From the NCBI GenBank assembly GCA_028864975.1, contig JAGWLG010000038.1, positions 1-33,449 of the forward strand: a stretch of 33,449 nucleotides of DNA. Direction: 5' to 3'. The stretch is from Thermoplasmata archaeon (GTDB lineage Archaea; Thermoplasmatota; Thermoplasmata; Lutacidiplasmatales; UBA184). The notes below the pieces were generated by a model. The model did no database searches. It had not been told where the DNA came from and saw only the letters and a list, made by a program, of their open reading frames with translations. The translations under genes and the position numbers were made by a program. Shown here one piece after another: positions 23,294 through 30,946 of the stretch (positions are counted from its first letter, which is position 1; every line of letters starts with the position of its first letter).

Positions 23294-25102
23294 ATGAAGG
23301 TCCGTTACGTCGTCAGTCCGGAGGACATCCCGTCGCACTACCTCCACGTCGCCGTCGAGGTCTCGGGCCTCGCGGCGAACGAGAGCGAGGTCCAGATGGT
23401 CATGCCCGTCTGGACACCCGGGTCCTACCTCGTGCGGGAGTTCGCCCGAATGCTTCGCCGCGTCCAGGCCGTGGGCGAGGACGGCCGCTCGCTCTCCTTC
23501 ACGAAGGTCCGTAAGAACCGCTGGAAGGTGCTCAAGGGGAAGGAGGCCTCCTTCACCTTCTCCTACAGCGTCTACGCTCACGACATCTCGGTGGAAGGGA
23601 TCGACCTCACCGAGGACCACCTCTACTTCAACGGGGCCCCGCTCTTCTGTTACGTCGACGGGTCCAAGGACGATCCGGTCGAGCTCGTCGTGCACGTCCC
23701 CTCGGGATGGAAGGTCTACAGCGAGCTGCAGGAGGTGGGCAAGAACCCGCCGCGCTTCCGCGCGGAGAACTTCGACCAGCTATGCGATTCCCCGTTCGAC
23801 GCCGGTTCTCCGACGGAGATCGCGATCCGACCCGCGGGGGTCCCGCACCGGATCGTCCTCTGCGGGAAGGGGAACTTCTCCCCCCACAAGGTGGAGGAGG
23901 ATGTCCGGAAGATCGTCGAGGCGACCTACCGGCTTTTCGGAGAGCTCCCGATGCCCCGGTACACGTTCTTCTACCACCTGAACGAGAAATGGGACGGAGG
24001 GCTCGAGCATCTCGCCGGCACCGCCATCACCCTCCCCTCCGTCGTCTTCGCCCCCCGGAAGGAGTACGAAGTCTTCCTCGATGTGACCTGCCATGAGTAC
24101 TTTCATTTGTTCAACGTCAAGCGGATCCGCCCGAAGGTCCTGGGGCCCTTTGACTACGAGCAAGAGAACTACACGCGCATGCTCTGGGCGATGGAGGGGA
24201 CGACCGACTACTACACCTACCTCCTGCTCCGGCGGGCGGGGCTCTACTCGCCCAAGAAGTACCTGGAGAAGGTCGGCGAGCAGGTCAAGAAGTTCCGCGA
24301 GATCCCCGGCCGCAATCACCAGAGCCTGGAGGAGGCGAGCTTCGACAGCTGGATCGACCTCTACCGTCCGGGGGAGGAGACGCGGAACATCTCGATCTCC
24401 TACTACCTCAAGGGGAACCTGGTCTCGCTCTGCATGGACCTCGAGATCCGCGGGAAGAGCCAGAACGCGCACTCCTTGGACGACGTGATGCGCCACCTGT
24501 GGCAGGAGTTCGGGAAGAAGGGCGCGGGGATCCCCGAAGGGGACTGGCAGAAGGAGGCGGAGCGAGCGACCGGGGTCGAGCTCGGGGGCTTCTTCGACCG
24601 CTACGTCCGAGGCCGCGACGACATCGATTTCGCGACGTTCCTCCGGCATGCGGGTCTCACGCTCGAGCCCAAGGACGACGAAGCCACCGAGGGGGAGGAT
24701 CCCCCCGAGCTCCCCGGATACCTGGGGGTCGAGTTCAAACGGGAGGGGGACCGCCCCCGCGTGACCGTGGCGTTGGACGGGGGCCCTGGTCGCCGTGCGG
24801 GCCTCACCCCGGGGGACGAGCTGCTCGCCTTCGACGGGTACCGGGTGACCTACGACTCCGTCGGGGACATGCTGAAGAAGTTCCCCCCGGGAGAGAAGGT
24901 CTCGATCACGCTCTTCCGACGGGGGATCCTTCGGACCCTCGAGGCCACGCTCGGGAAGGCGCCCCCCTCGAAGTGGACGATCAAGGCGGACCCCTCCGCG
25001 TCCGAAGTCGCGCGGAAGGTGGCGGAAGCTTGGCTCGAGACGAAGTGGGAGTCCCTCGCGCCCAAGAACGGCGAGAAGGAAGCGCGGCCCAGCAAGGCCT
25101 GA
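23294..25102 (+). CDS. M61 family (glycyl) aminopeptidase with C-terminal PDZ domain
   Basis: MPVWTPGSYLVREFAR, GGLEH, zinc motif HEYFHLFNVKRIRP, WAMEGTTDYY, SYYLKG and PDZ GPGRRAGLTPGDELLAFDG. No signal peptide. Confidence 0.93.
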   Translation: MKVRYVVSPEDIPSHYLHVAVEVSGLAANESEVQMVMPVWTPGSYLVREFARMLRRVQAVGEDGRSLSFTKVRKNRWKVLKGKEASFTFSYSVYAHDISVEGIDLTEDHLYFNGAPLFCYVDGSKDDPVELVVHVPSGWKVYSELQEVGKNPPRFRAENFDQLCDSPFDAGSPTEIAIRPAGVPHRIVLCGKGNFSPHKVEEDVRKIVEATYRLFGELPMPRYTFFYHLNEKWDGGLEHLAGTAITLPSVVFAPRKEYEVFLDVTCHEYFHLFNVKRIRPKVLGPFDYEQENYTRMLWAMEGTTDYYTYLLLRRAGLYSPKKYLEKVGEQVKKFREIPGRNHQSLEEASFDSWIDLYRPGEETRNISISYYLKGNLVSLCMDLEIRGKSQNAHSLDDVMRHLWQEFGKKGAGIPEGDWQKEAERATGVELGGFFDRYVRGRDDIDFATFLRHAGLTLEPKDDEATEGEDPPELPGYLGVEFKREGDRPRVTVALDGGPGRRAGLTPGDELLAFDGYRVTYDSVGDMLKKFPPGEKVSITLFRRGILRTLEATLGKAPPSKWTIKADPSASEVARKVAEAWLETKWESLAPKNGEKEARPSKA

Positions 25103-25119
25103 CGGGCGCGAGAGCGCGC

Positions 25120-25137
25120 GGGCCGCTTCGGCGGTCC
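25120..25137. terminator. cUUCGg tetraloop hairpin between convergent genes
   Basis: GGGCCGC-TTCG-GCGGTCC (7 bp including one G-U) between the M61 stop (25102) and the DUF35-fusion stop (25137-25139). Confidence 0.5.
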
Positions 25138-26378
25138 TAAGCTCCTCGAGGATGGGGGGTCGCTTTCGCCTCGCTGGCGGGCGGGAGCACGACGGCCTTC
25201 AGCCCATACCTCCAGGACCCCTCCTGAGGGTAGAGCCGTCGGAGCTCGAGCTCGACGTCGGCGCCGAGCGCGCTGACCGCCGGTTGCTGGTCGGTGAGCT
25301 GGAAGGTCAGGAGGTCGCCATCGGGAAAGCGGACGAGCGCCACCCCGTACCGTCCATAGGTCTCCTGGTGCCAGTCGAACTCCGTCGGCTGGGCCCCCGG
25401 ATGGATGACCGTCGCGCTCTCGACCTTTCCGCGATGAGGGAGCCGACCCCGTCGGAGCGAGTCGCGCGTCCCGCATCGGTGGCAGCGCCCGACGGGGGGG
25501 AGGGAGAACGCGGAGCACTGTGCACACCGTTCCCCCTCTAGGCGCCAGCGGGCGGGAAGGGTCGAGAGGTAGGTCTCGCGCGAGAGGTACGCACCCTGAC
25601 TGACCGCTGCGAGCGGAGCCCCGGCCCGGGCGCGCCAGGCCTCCTCGGGGACCTGGAACCACACGCGTTCTTCGGGGACCGGGTAGCCTTGGAGGGGGAC
25701 CTTCGACCCGTCGAGGAAGGTGCGCTGGTGGGTCCGCTCCCCGGTCGCGTGGACCCAGGAACCGGTCGTGCCCCCTTCGGAGCTCGCCGCGGCGGCGACG
25801 AGGGTCAGGAGGATCGAGACCGGGGCCGACGCCGCACCCCGGAACCCTCGGAGCTCCGGGGGTCGGACCGGTCCGGCCGGGGTGGACCCTTCACCCGTAA
25901 CCCAGGTACGGGGGCTGGGAGCGTTCGGCCCCTGCCCCTCGGCCAGCGCTCCGTGTCCGAAGGCGAGGGCCGCGGCGGCCGCGCTCTGCTTCGGTGGGTC
26001 ATCGACCCCCGTCCCTCGCGGAGACGCGAGTTGGGCGGAGAGGAGCCACGAGGGCCCATCGTGCTCCCCGACCTCCTCATCGAGGGCTTCGGAGAGCGAT
26101 TGGACGACCCCCTGGGTGCTGTCGGGGTAGGCCACGAGCTCGACCGACGGGAGCCCCCAGGCGTCGAAGAGCGCCGAGCGCTCGTCGCCCGCCAGCGAGG
26201 AGATGACGCGCACCTTGCGGACCTCGGCGCGAGCTCGCGCATTTGAGGGCTGCGTCTTGCGCAGGAGCTCTCCCGCACGAACGAGCAAGGTGAACGCGTC
26301 TTCGTCCGGTCCTTCGACCACGACGTTGCCCCGGGCCCATCCCGGCAGGGCCACCGCCGCCGCCGTCAGCACCGCCAT
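25137..26378 (-). CDS. degenerate HMG-CoA-synthase-like domain fused to DUF35 (zinc ribbon + OB fold; ChsH2-like)
   Basis: ATG 26378 has AGGAG upstream. The N-terminal ALPGW...VEGPDEDAFTL and SAAAAALAFG echo the HMGS fold, but there is no Cys in the first ~280 aa. The C-terminal SQGAYLSRETY...RLEGERCAQC...PPVGRCHRCG...GKVESATVI...YGVALV...QLTD...VELELRRLY...WRYGLKA is DUF35. Confidence 0.85.
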   Translation of the reverse strand: MAVLTAAAVALPGWARGNVVVEGPDEDAFTLLVRAGELLRKTQPSNARARAEVRKVRVISSLAGDERSALFDAWGLPSVELVAYPDSTQGVVQSLSEALDEEVGEHDGPSWLLSAQLASPRGTGVDDPPKQSAAAAALAFGHGALAEGQGPNAPSPRTWVTGEGSTPAGPVRPPELRGFRGAASAPVSILLTLVAAAASSEGGTTGSWVHATGERTHQRTFLDGSKVPLQGYPVPEERVWFQVPEEAWRARAGAPLAAVSQGAYLSRETYLSTLPARWRLEGERCAQCSAFSLPPVGRCHRCGTRDSLRRGRLPHRGKVESATVIHPGAQPTEFDWHQETYGRYGVALVRFPDGDLLTFQLTDQQPAVSALGADVELELRRLYPQEGSWRYGLKAVVLPPASEAKATPHPRGA

Positions 26379-26401
26379 GCTCCTTCCTTCCTCCCCGGTT
26401 C

Positions 26402-27571
26402 CTACCGAGAGAACACGTGGACCATCGCCGTGGCCCCGCTCCCTCCCACGTTGTGGGCGAGCGCTCGCTCGGCCCCCGGGACCTGGCGGGGACCCGCCTC
26501 CCCCCGGAGCTGGTGGTAGATCTCGCAGACCTGCCCCACGCCGGTCGCACCGAGGGGGTGGCCCTTCGCCTTGAGACCGCCGGAGGGATTGATCGGGAGC
26601 GCGCCCCCGAGACGGGTGCGTCCTTCCATCGTGGCGGATGGAGCCTCTCCCTTCGGCAAGAGCCCGGTGTCCTCGAGCGCGAGCAGTTCGGCGATGGTGA
26701 AACAGTCGTGCACCTCGGCGAACTGGACCTTCTCCCGCGGGAACGGCGCGTGGGCGAACGCTTGGTCCGCCGCGAAGCGCGACGCCGCGAGGGAGGTCAA
26801 GCTCGGTCGGTCCTGGAGCGCGAGGAAGTCGCTCCCGCCCCCGCTCCCGTCGATCCAGATCGGGGAGTCGGTGAAGCGGCGCGCGACCTCTTCCCGGGCG
26901 AGCAGGACCGCGGCTGCCCCGTCCGAGACCGGGCAGCAGTCGTAGAGCTTGAGCGGGTCCGCGACGGGAGGCGCGTCCCGGTGCTTCTCGAGCGTGATGG
27001 GCTTGCGGAGATGGGCATGGGGGTTGAGCGCGCCGTGGGCGTGGTTCTTGACCGCGACGGCGCCCAGGACCTCGGGCGTGAGCTTTCGCTCGGAGAGGTA
27101 GCGCTCGGCCAGCAGGGCATAGACCCCGGCAAAGGTGAGCCCGGCCAGCCGCTCCCACTCGGTCTCGCCGCTGACCCCGAGCCAGAACCGACGGCGGGGG
27201 GACGGGTCGTCGGTCATCTTCTCGAGTCCCGCGACGACGGCCACGTCGCAGGACCCTGCTCGGAGCGCATGGTAGGCCGCACGCAGTCCGGTCGAGCCGC
27301 TGGCGCACGCGTTCTCGACGTGGGTCACCGGGATCCCCGGTCGTCCCATCTCCTCGGCGAGGAGCGTCGCAGGGTTCCCGATCTGCCAGCCCCCGAACCC
27401 GAGGGTCGCCAGGTACCCCTCCCCCACATCGCTGGGGGAGATCCCCTTGTCCACCGAGGCGACCGCCTCGAGCAGCGCCTGACGGAGGAGCGAGCGGGGA
27501 GCGTGCGGCAGGACCCCGAAGGCGGTCTGCCCCGCTCCGACGACCGCGACACGGTTCGATGAGACCGTCAT
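26402..27571 (-). CDS. archaeal acetyl-CoA C-acetyltransferase (thiolase)
   Basis: VAVVGAGQT.FG, catalytic HVENACASG, AGLEKM, VAVKNH.HG..NP.AH, DCCPVSDGAAAV, AEVHDCFTIAE and INPSGGLKAKGHPLGATG. ATG 27571 with an SD-like GAGGAG upstream. Confidence 0.94.
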   Translation of the reverse strand: MTVSSNRVAVVGAGQTAFGVLPHAPRSLLRQALLEAVASVDKGISPSDVGEGYLATLGFGGWQIGNPATLLAEEMGRPGIPVTHVENACASGSTGLRAAYHALRAGSCDVAVVAGLEKMTDDPSPRRRFWLGVSGETEWERLAGLTFAGVYALLAERYLSERKLTPEVLGAVAVKNHAHGALNPHAHLRKPITLEKHRDAPPVADPLKLYDCCPVSDGAAAVLLAREEVARRFTDSPIWIDGSGGGSDFLALQDRPSLTSLAASRFAADQAFAHAPFPREKVQFAEVHDCFTIAELLALEDTGLLPKGEAPSATMEGRTRLGGALPINPSGGLKAKGHPLGATGVGQVCEIYHQLRGEAGPRQVPGAERALAHNVGGSGATAMVHVFSR

Positions 27572-27609
27572 ACGCCCCTTCCTCCTCTCCCCCGGCCACC
27601 CTCGGTTCC

Positions 27610-27615
27610 TTTAAG
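27610..27615. promoter_or_regulatory. TATA-like element between divergent thiolase and ubiX
   Basis: TTTAAG (+) / CTTAAA (-) is the only clear AT-rich hexamer in the 65-bp intergenic gap. It lies 22 nt before ATG 27637 and ~39 nt before the thiolase ATG. Confidence 0.6.
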
Positions 27616-27636
27616 TCCGCCCACCCCGCTCCGCTG

Positions 27637-28263
27637 ATGAATCCTCCCTCTGCGGGGGAAAGGCAGGTCCCGATGTCCACCTCGTCTCCCGCGCGACCCT
27701 TGGTCGTCGGGGTCACCGGGGCCAGCGGGGCCCCGATCGCGCTCAAGGTGCTCCAGGTGCTCGCGGAGACCGACATCCCCGTCGCCCTCGTCGTCTCCGA
27801 TGGCGGGGCGGCCGTCCTGCGGGAGGAGTGCGGGCTCTACCCTCGGGACCTGGAGCAGTATGCGGACGCGACCTACGACGACGGCGACTCGGCGGCGAAG
27901 ATCGCGAGCGGCTCCTCCTCCACGCGAGGGATGGTCATCGTCCCCTGCTCGGGCAATACCCTCGCGAAGATCTCTCATGGGTTCGCGGACACCCTCATCA
28001 CCCGTGCGGCCCAGGTGCACCTGAAGGAGCGCCGCCCGCTCGTCCTCGTCCCCCGGGAGACCCCGCTCTCCCCCATCACGCTGCGGAACATGACGACGGC
28101 CGCCGAAGCCGGAGCGATGATGCTCATGGCGTCCCCGCCGTACTACCTCAAGGCCGAGCGCGTGGAGGAGCTCGTGGCCTACCTCGCCGGGAAGGTGCTC
28201 GACCAGTTCTCCGTCCCCCACAAGCTCTACCGAGGATGGAAGGCGGACGAGGCCGTCGCGTGA
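27637..28263 (+). CDS. ubiX: flavin prenyltransferase UbiX
   Basis: VVGVTGASGA, IASGS, MVIVPCSGNTLAKI.HG.ADTLITRAA.V.LKERRPLVLVPRETPL, then KVLDQF...RGW. The start is ATG 27637 or ATG 27673. Confidence 0.94.
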   Translation: MNPPSAGERQVPMSTSSPARPLVVGVTGASGAPIALKVLQVLAETDIPVALVVSDGGAAVLREECGLYPRDLEQYADATYDDGDSAAKIASGSSSTRGMVIVPCSGNTLAKISHGFADTLITRAAQVHLKERRPLVLVPRETPLSPITLRNMTTAAEAGAMMLMASPPYYLKAERVEELVAYLAGKVLDQFSVPHKLYRGWKADEAVA

Positions 28264-28276
28264 CGAGGACACGGAC

Positions 28277-28936
28277 GTGACGGAGGGACGGGCAAGGTCG
28301 TGGCTGGGTTCGGACCCGAACGTCCACTTCGCCTTCGGGGCCGTGGCCCTGCTCTTGGTCCTAGTGATCCTTCTCACGCCCGCGTTGCTCAACGGCGGGC
28401 TCTCGGGGGGTAGCTTCCTCAGCCAGGGTGCGCTCTACGTGGCCCGGTCAGGGACGGACAACCTCTCCTTCGCCTTTGAAAGCCAAGGGAACGTGGAGTA
28501 CACGGCAATCTCCGTCGCGCTCAACCTCTCGGCGGGGGTCTTGGGTCCCAGCTTTCCGGGGAATGACACCACACCCCGCGGATGGGACCGGTGGTTCAAC
28601 GTCACCGATTCACTGGTCTCCCTGTTCGTGGTACGGAACGTGAGCGAAGCCGCCCACTCCAGGTTCGTGGTCAACGTGACCGCGGTCTCCTCGAGCTCGG
28701 TCAGCGAGGGGACTTTTGCCTTCTCCGTCCAGGGGTCGGCAACCGCGATGACGCTCACCGTCTATCCGATCTGGCCCCTCCGCGGGTCCGGCACGCTGCC
28801 CGAGGGATCGAATCCCATCCCATGGACGGACCGGGACCTCCCCCAGGGCCTCGCCCTCGCCCTGATGCCGCTGCCGCCGACGACCTCGGTGCTCTTGATG
28901 TCCCGGTGCGATATCGGAGGGGGCCCCGCGCGATGA
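28277..28936 (+). CDS. N-terminally anchored exported protein (hypothetical)
   Basis: One TM (FAFGAVALLLVLVILLTPALL) then a beta-rich domain with several NxS/T sequons. The stop overlaps the next ATG (ATGA 28933-28936). Confidence 0.72.
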   Translation: MTEGRARSWLGSDPNVHFAFGAVALLLVLVILLTPALLNGGLSGGSFLSQGALYVARSGTDNLSFAFESQGNVEYTAISVALNLSAGVLGPSFPGNDTTPRGWDRWFNVTDSLVSLFVVRNVSEAAHSRFVVNVTAVSSSSVSEGTFAFSVQGSATAMTLTVYPIWPLRGSGTLPEGSNPIPWTDRDLPQGLALALMPLPPTTSVLLMSRCDIGGGPAR

Positions 28937-29379
28937 AGCTCACCCGGGCGATCATCTTCTGGGTCGTCGTCATCTTGGCGCTCCTACTGCTGGAGGTCGC
29001 CCAGATCACCCACCTCTTCCATCTGGGCTATTCCTCGATCATCAGCAATACCCTCTCCTTCGTCTTCGCGTTGGTCCTGGTCACCATCCTCGCGCTCGTG
29101 GGGGCGGTCTTCGTCGGGATCTTCATCGCGCATCGGATCCTCTCCCCTCAGGGTTTCAGCCCGTTCGAGGAAGAGATGCTCAAGATGCGGCAGGAGGTGC
29201 AGGAGCTCCATCGGAAGCTGGACCGGCTTCATGTCCCCCAGGTCCCGGGGCGCTCCCAGGGCGCGGTTCACGCGAGCTCGGCGTCAGGGACGAGCTCCCT
29301 CGGATCAGAGAAAGTCGACGAGGTTGGCGACGCCGCTGAGGTGGGAGCGGTCCCCGGGGTGGCGGAGGCTCGACCATGA
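28933..29379 (+). CDS. two-TM membrane protein with C-terminal coiled coil (hypothetical)
   Basis: MKLTRAIIFWVVVILALLLL...FVFALVLVTILALVGAVFVGIFIAHR, then FEEEMLKMRQEVQELHRKLDRL. ATGA overlaps at both ends. Confidence 0.8.
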   Translation: MKLTRAIIFWVVVILALLLLEVAQITHLFHLGYSSIISNTLSFVFALVLVTILALVGAVFVGIFIAHRILSPQGFSPFEEEMLKMRQEVQELHRKLDRLHVPQVPGRSQGAVHASSASGTSSLGSEKVDEVGDAAEVGAVPGVAEARP

Positions 29380-29942
29380 AGGTCCCGGTCGTCGATAACG
29401 GAGGGCAATGGACGCACCGGGAGTGGCGTGTGCTCCGCGATCTGGGGGCGGAGACCCGGATCGTCCCCAACACCACCCCCCTCGGGGAGCTCGATGCCGA
29501 CGGGATCGTCCTTTCGGGCGGGGCGCTGAGCCTTGAGGGGACCGACGCGAAGCTCGGAGTGGTCGGGTCGTATCTGGACGAGGGGAACGTCCCGGTGCTC
29601 GCGATCTGTGTGGGCCACCAGTTCCTCGCGCGGCACTTCGGAGGGAAGGTCTCGCGGGCTTCCACTCCCGAGTTCGGCAGGGTCGAGCTCACGGTCGATG
29701 CCCCGACCTCTCCCATCTTCCGAACGATCCCCTCCTCGCTCCGGGTCTGGGCCTCTCACAGCGACGAGGTCTCGGAGCTCCCGCCCGACTTCGAGGTGCT
29801 CGCCCACTCCCCCTCGTGCAAGGTGGAGGCGATGGCGCACCGCACGCGACCGGTCTTCGGTCTCCAGTTCCACCCCGAGGTCGAACACACCGAGAAGGGT
29901 ACGGCCTTCTTCCAGAACTTCCTCTCCCTGTGCCACCGGTAG
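29376..29942 (+). CDS. guaAA: GMP synthase [glutamine-hydrolyzing] subunit A (class I GATase)
   Basis: VVDNGGQWTHREWRVL, GIVLSGG, catalytic AICVGHQ, PEFG, VWASHSDEV and QFHPEVEHT. Confidence 0.95.
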   Translation: MKVPVVDNGGQWTHREWRVLRDLGAETRIVPNTTPLGELDADGIVLSGGALSLEGTDAKLGVVGSYLDEGNVPVLAICVGHQFLARHFGGKVSRASTPEFGRVELTVDAPTSPIFRTIPSSLRVWASHSDEVSELPPDFEVLAHSPSCKVEAMAHRTRPVFGLQFHPEVEHTEKGTAFFQNFLSLCHR

Positions 29943-29985
29943 GGGTCGGGACGAACGGAGCGCGAGGAGAGGAGCGACCACCACG

Positions 29986-30597
29986 GTGACCGAACGACGA
30001 GCGAAGGGGAGGTCGAGCTCCCCGCGGTCCGGAGGGGGGCTGGGCGAAGCCCGGAAGCTCCGGCGCTCGCGGCTGCTTGTCTACGTGATGTTCGCCTACG
30101 GTGTCGCCCTCATCGTCGGGACGCTCGCTCTCTGGTACCTGCTCGTCCCAGCTTCTCCCTCGTCCCCCTCTCCGGTGCCCTGCACGCTTGGAGCGCTCCC
30201 ACCCACGACCAGTCGGGCAACGGCCTCGCTCGCGGGACAATCCTCGGTCTTTCCTCCGCCCGCGAACGGCACGGCGACCCCGCAGACCTTCGATCTCTGG
30301 ATCAACACGACCGCACAACTCCTGCCAGGGACCAACGTCAGCTTCCAGGTCCACGACCTGGTCGGGAACCCGGTCTCCAGCTCCTGCCGGCTCCCCATCC
30401 CTGCGTCCGGATGGACGAGCAACGTCACGTCCCTCACGCTCGACCCCCAGCGGTCCTACGAAGCGACCTTCTTCGGGGCCCCCTCCCCCTCCTACCCCCG
30501 TGCGGGGGCCTTCGCGCTCATGGCCTGGGTGAACGCGACGAACCTTCCTTCGGCGGCCACGCTTGGGAGCACCCACGTGTTCCTGACGGTCGAGTGA
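29986..30597 (+). CDS. N-terminally anchored exported protein (hypothetical)
   Basis: GTG 29986 after GAGGAGAGG. Basic N-terminus, TM (LLVYVMFAYGVALIVGTLALWYLLV), then a Pro/Thr-rich beta domain with two Cys and sequons. Confidence 0.7.
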   Translation: MTERRAKGRSSSPRSGGGLGEARKLRRSRLLVYVMFAYGVALIVGTLALWYLLVPASPSSPSPVPCTLGALPPTTSRATASLAGQSSVFPPPANGTATPQTFDLWINTTAQLLPGTNVSFQVHDLVGNPVSSSCRLPIPASGWTSNVTSLTLDPQRSYEATFFGAPSPSYPRAGAFALMAWVNATNLPSAATLGSTHVFLTVE

Positions 30598-30601
30598 ACC
30601 A

Positions 30602-30637
30602 GAAGCGGGAACGCTTCACGACGGCCGCGCGCGGCCG
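30602..30637. terminator. GNRA hairpin plus 16-bp perfect palindrome between convergent genes
   Basis: GAAGCG-GGAA-CGCTTC (30602-30617) and CGGCCGCGCGCGGCCG (30622-30637). Confidence 0.5.
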
Positions 30638-30643
30638 CCCCCT

Positions 30644-30862
30644 TCAGGGCTCGTGGGGAAGGGTCCTTGTAACCGGAGGAAGAGGGTGGGTCGCGGGGGG
30701 CGGGCCATAGTTGAGCGAGATGGCGAAGAGGAGGACCCCACCCATGACGATGAACAGTCCGATGACGAAGGCGAACTGTCCGGGCGCGTTGAACGCCGCC
30801 ATCAACAGGCCTCCGGCGACGATGAGCAGCATCGACGCGAGGAACATCCCGAGGCTTGCCAC
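30644..30862 (-). CDS. small two-TM membrane protein (hypothetical)
   Basis: 72 aa with two hydrophobic helices. GTG 30862 has TTAAG 24 nt upstream. Confidence 0.7.
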   Translation of the reverse strand: MASLGMFLASMLLIVAGGLLMAAFNAPGQFAFVIGLFIVMGGVLLFAISLNYGPPPATHPLPPVTRTLPHEP

Positions 30863-30885
30863 GAGGAGCGGGACGAGGTAGGGAA

Positions 30886-30914
30886 CTTAACAACTTTGGG
30901 GACGCAGGCTTAAG
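30886..30914. promoter_or_regulatory. divergent pair of TTAAG TATA-like boxes
   Basis: TTAAG on minus at 30890-30886 (24 nt before GTG 30862) and TTAAG on plus at 30910-30914 (~33 nt before ATG 30947). Confidence 0.55.
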
Positions 30915-30946
30915 CTCCGGTAGGCCCCCTGCCGCAGAGCGTCCTC

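Noticed and set aside
25137-27776. 879-aa ORF suggesting one giant thiolase-region fusion
   Set aside because: The part upstream of ATG 26378 is an Arg/Pro/Gly-rich alternative frame over the thiolase. The thiolase has its own stop at 26402-26404, and the downstream gene has its own SD and ATG.
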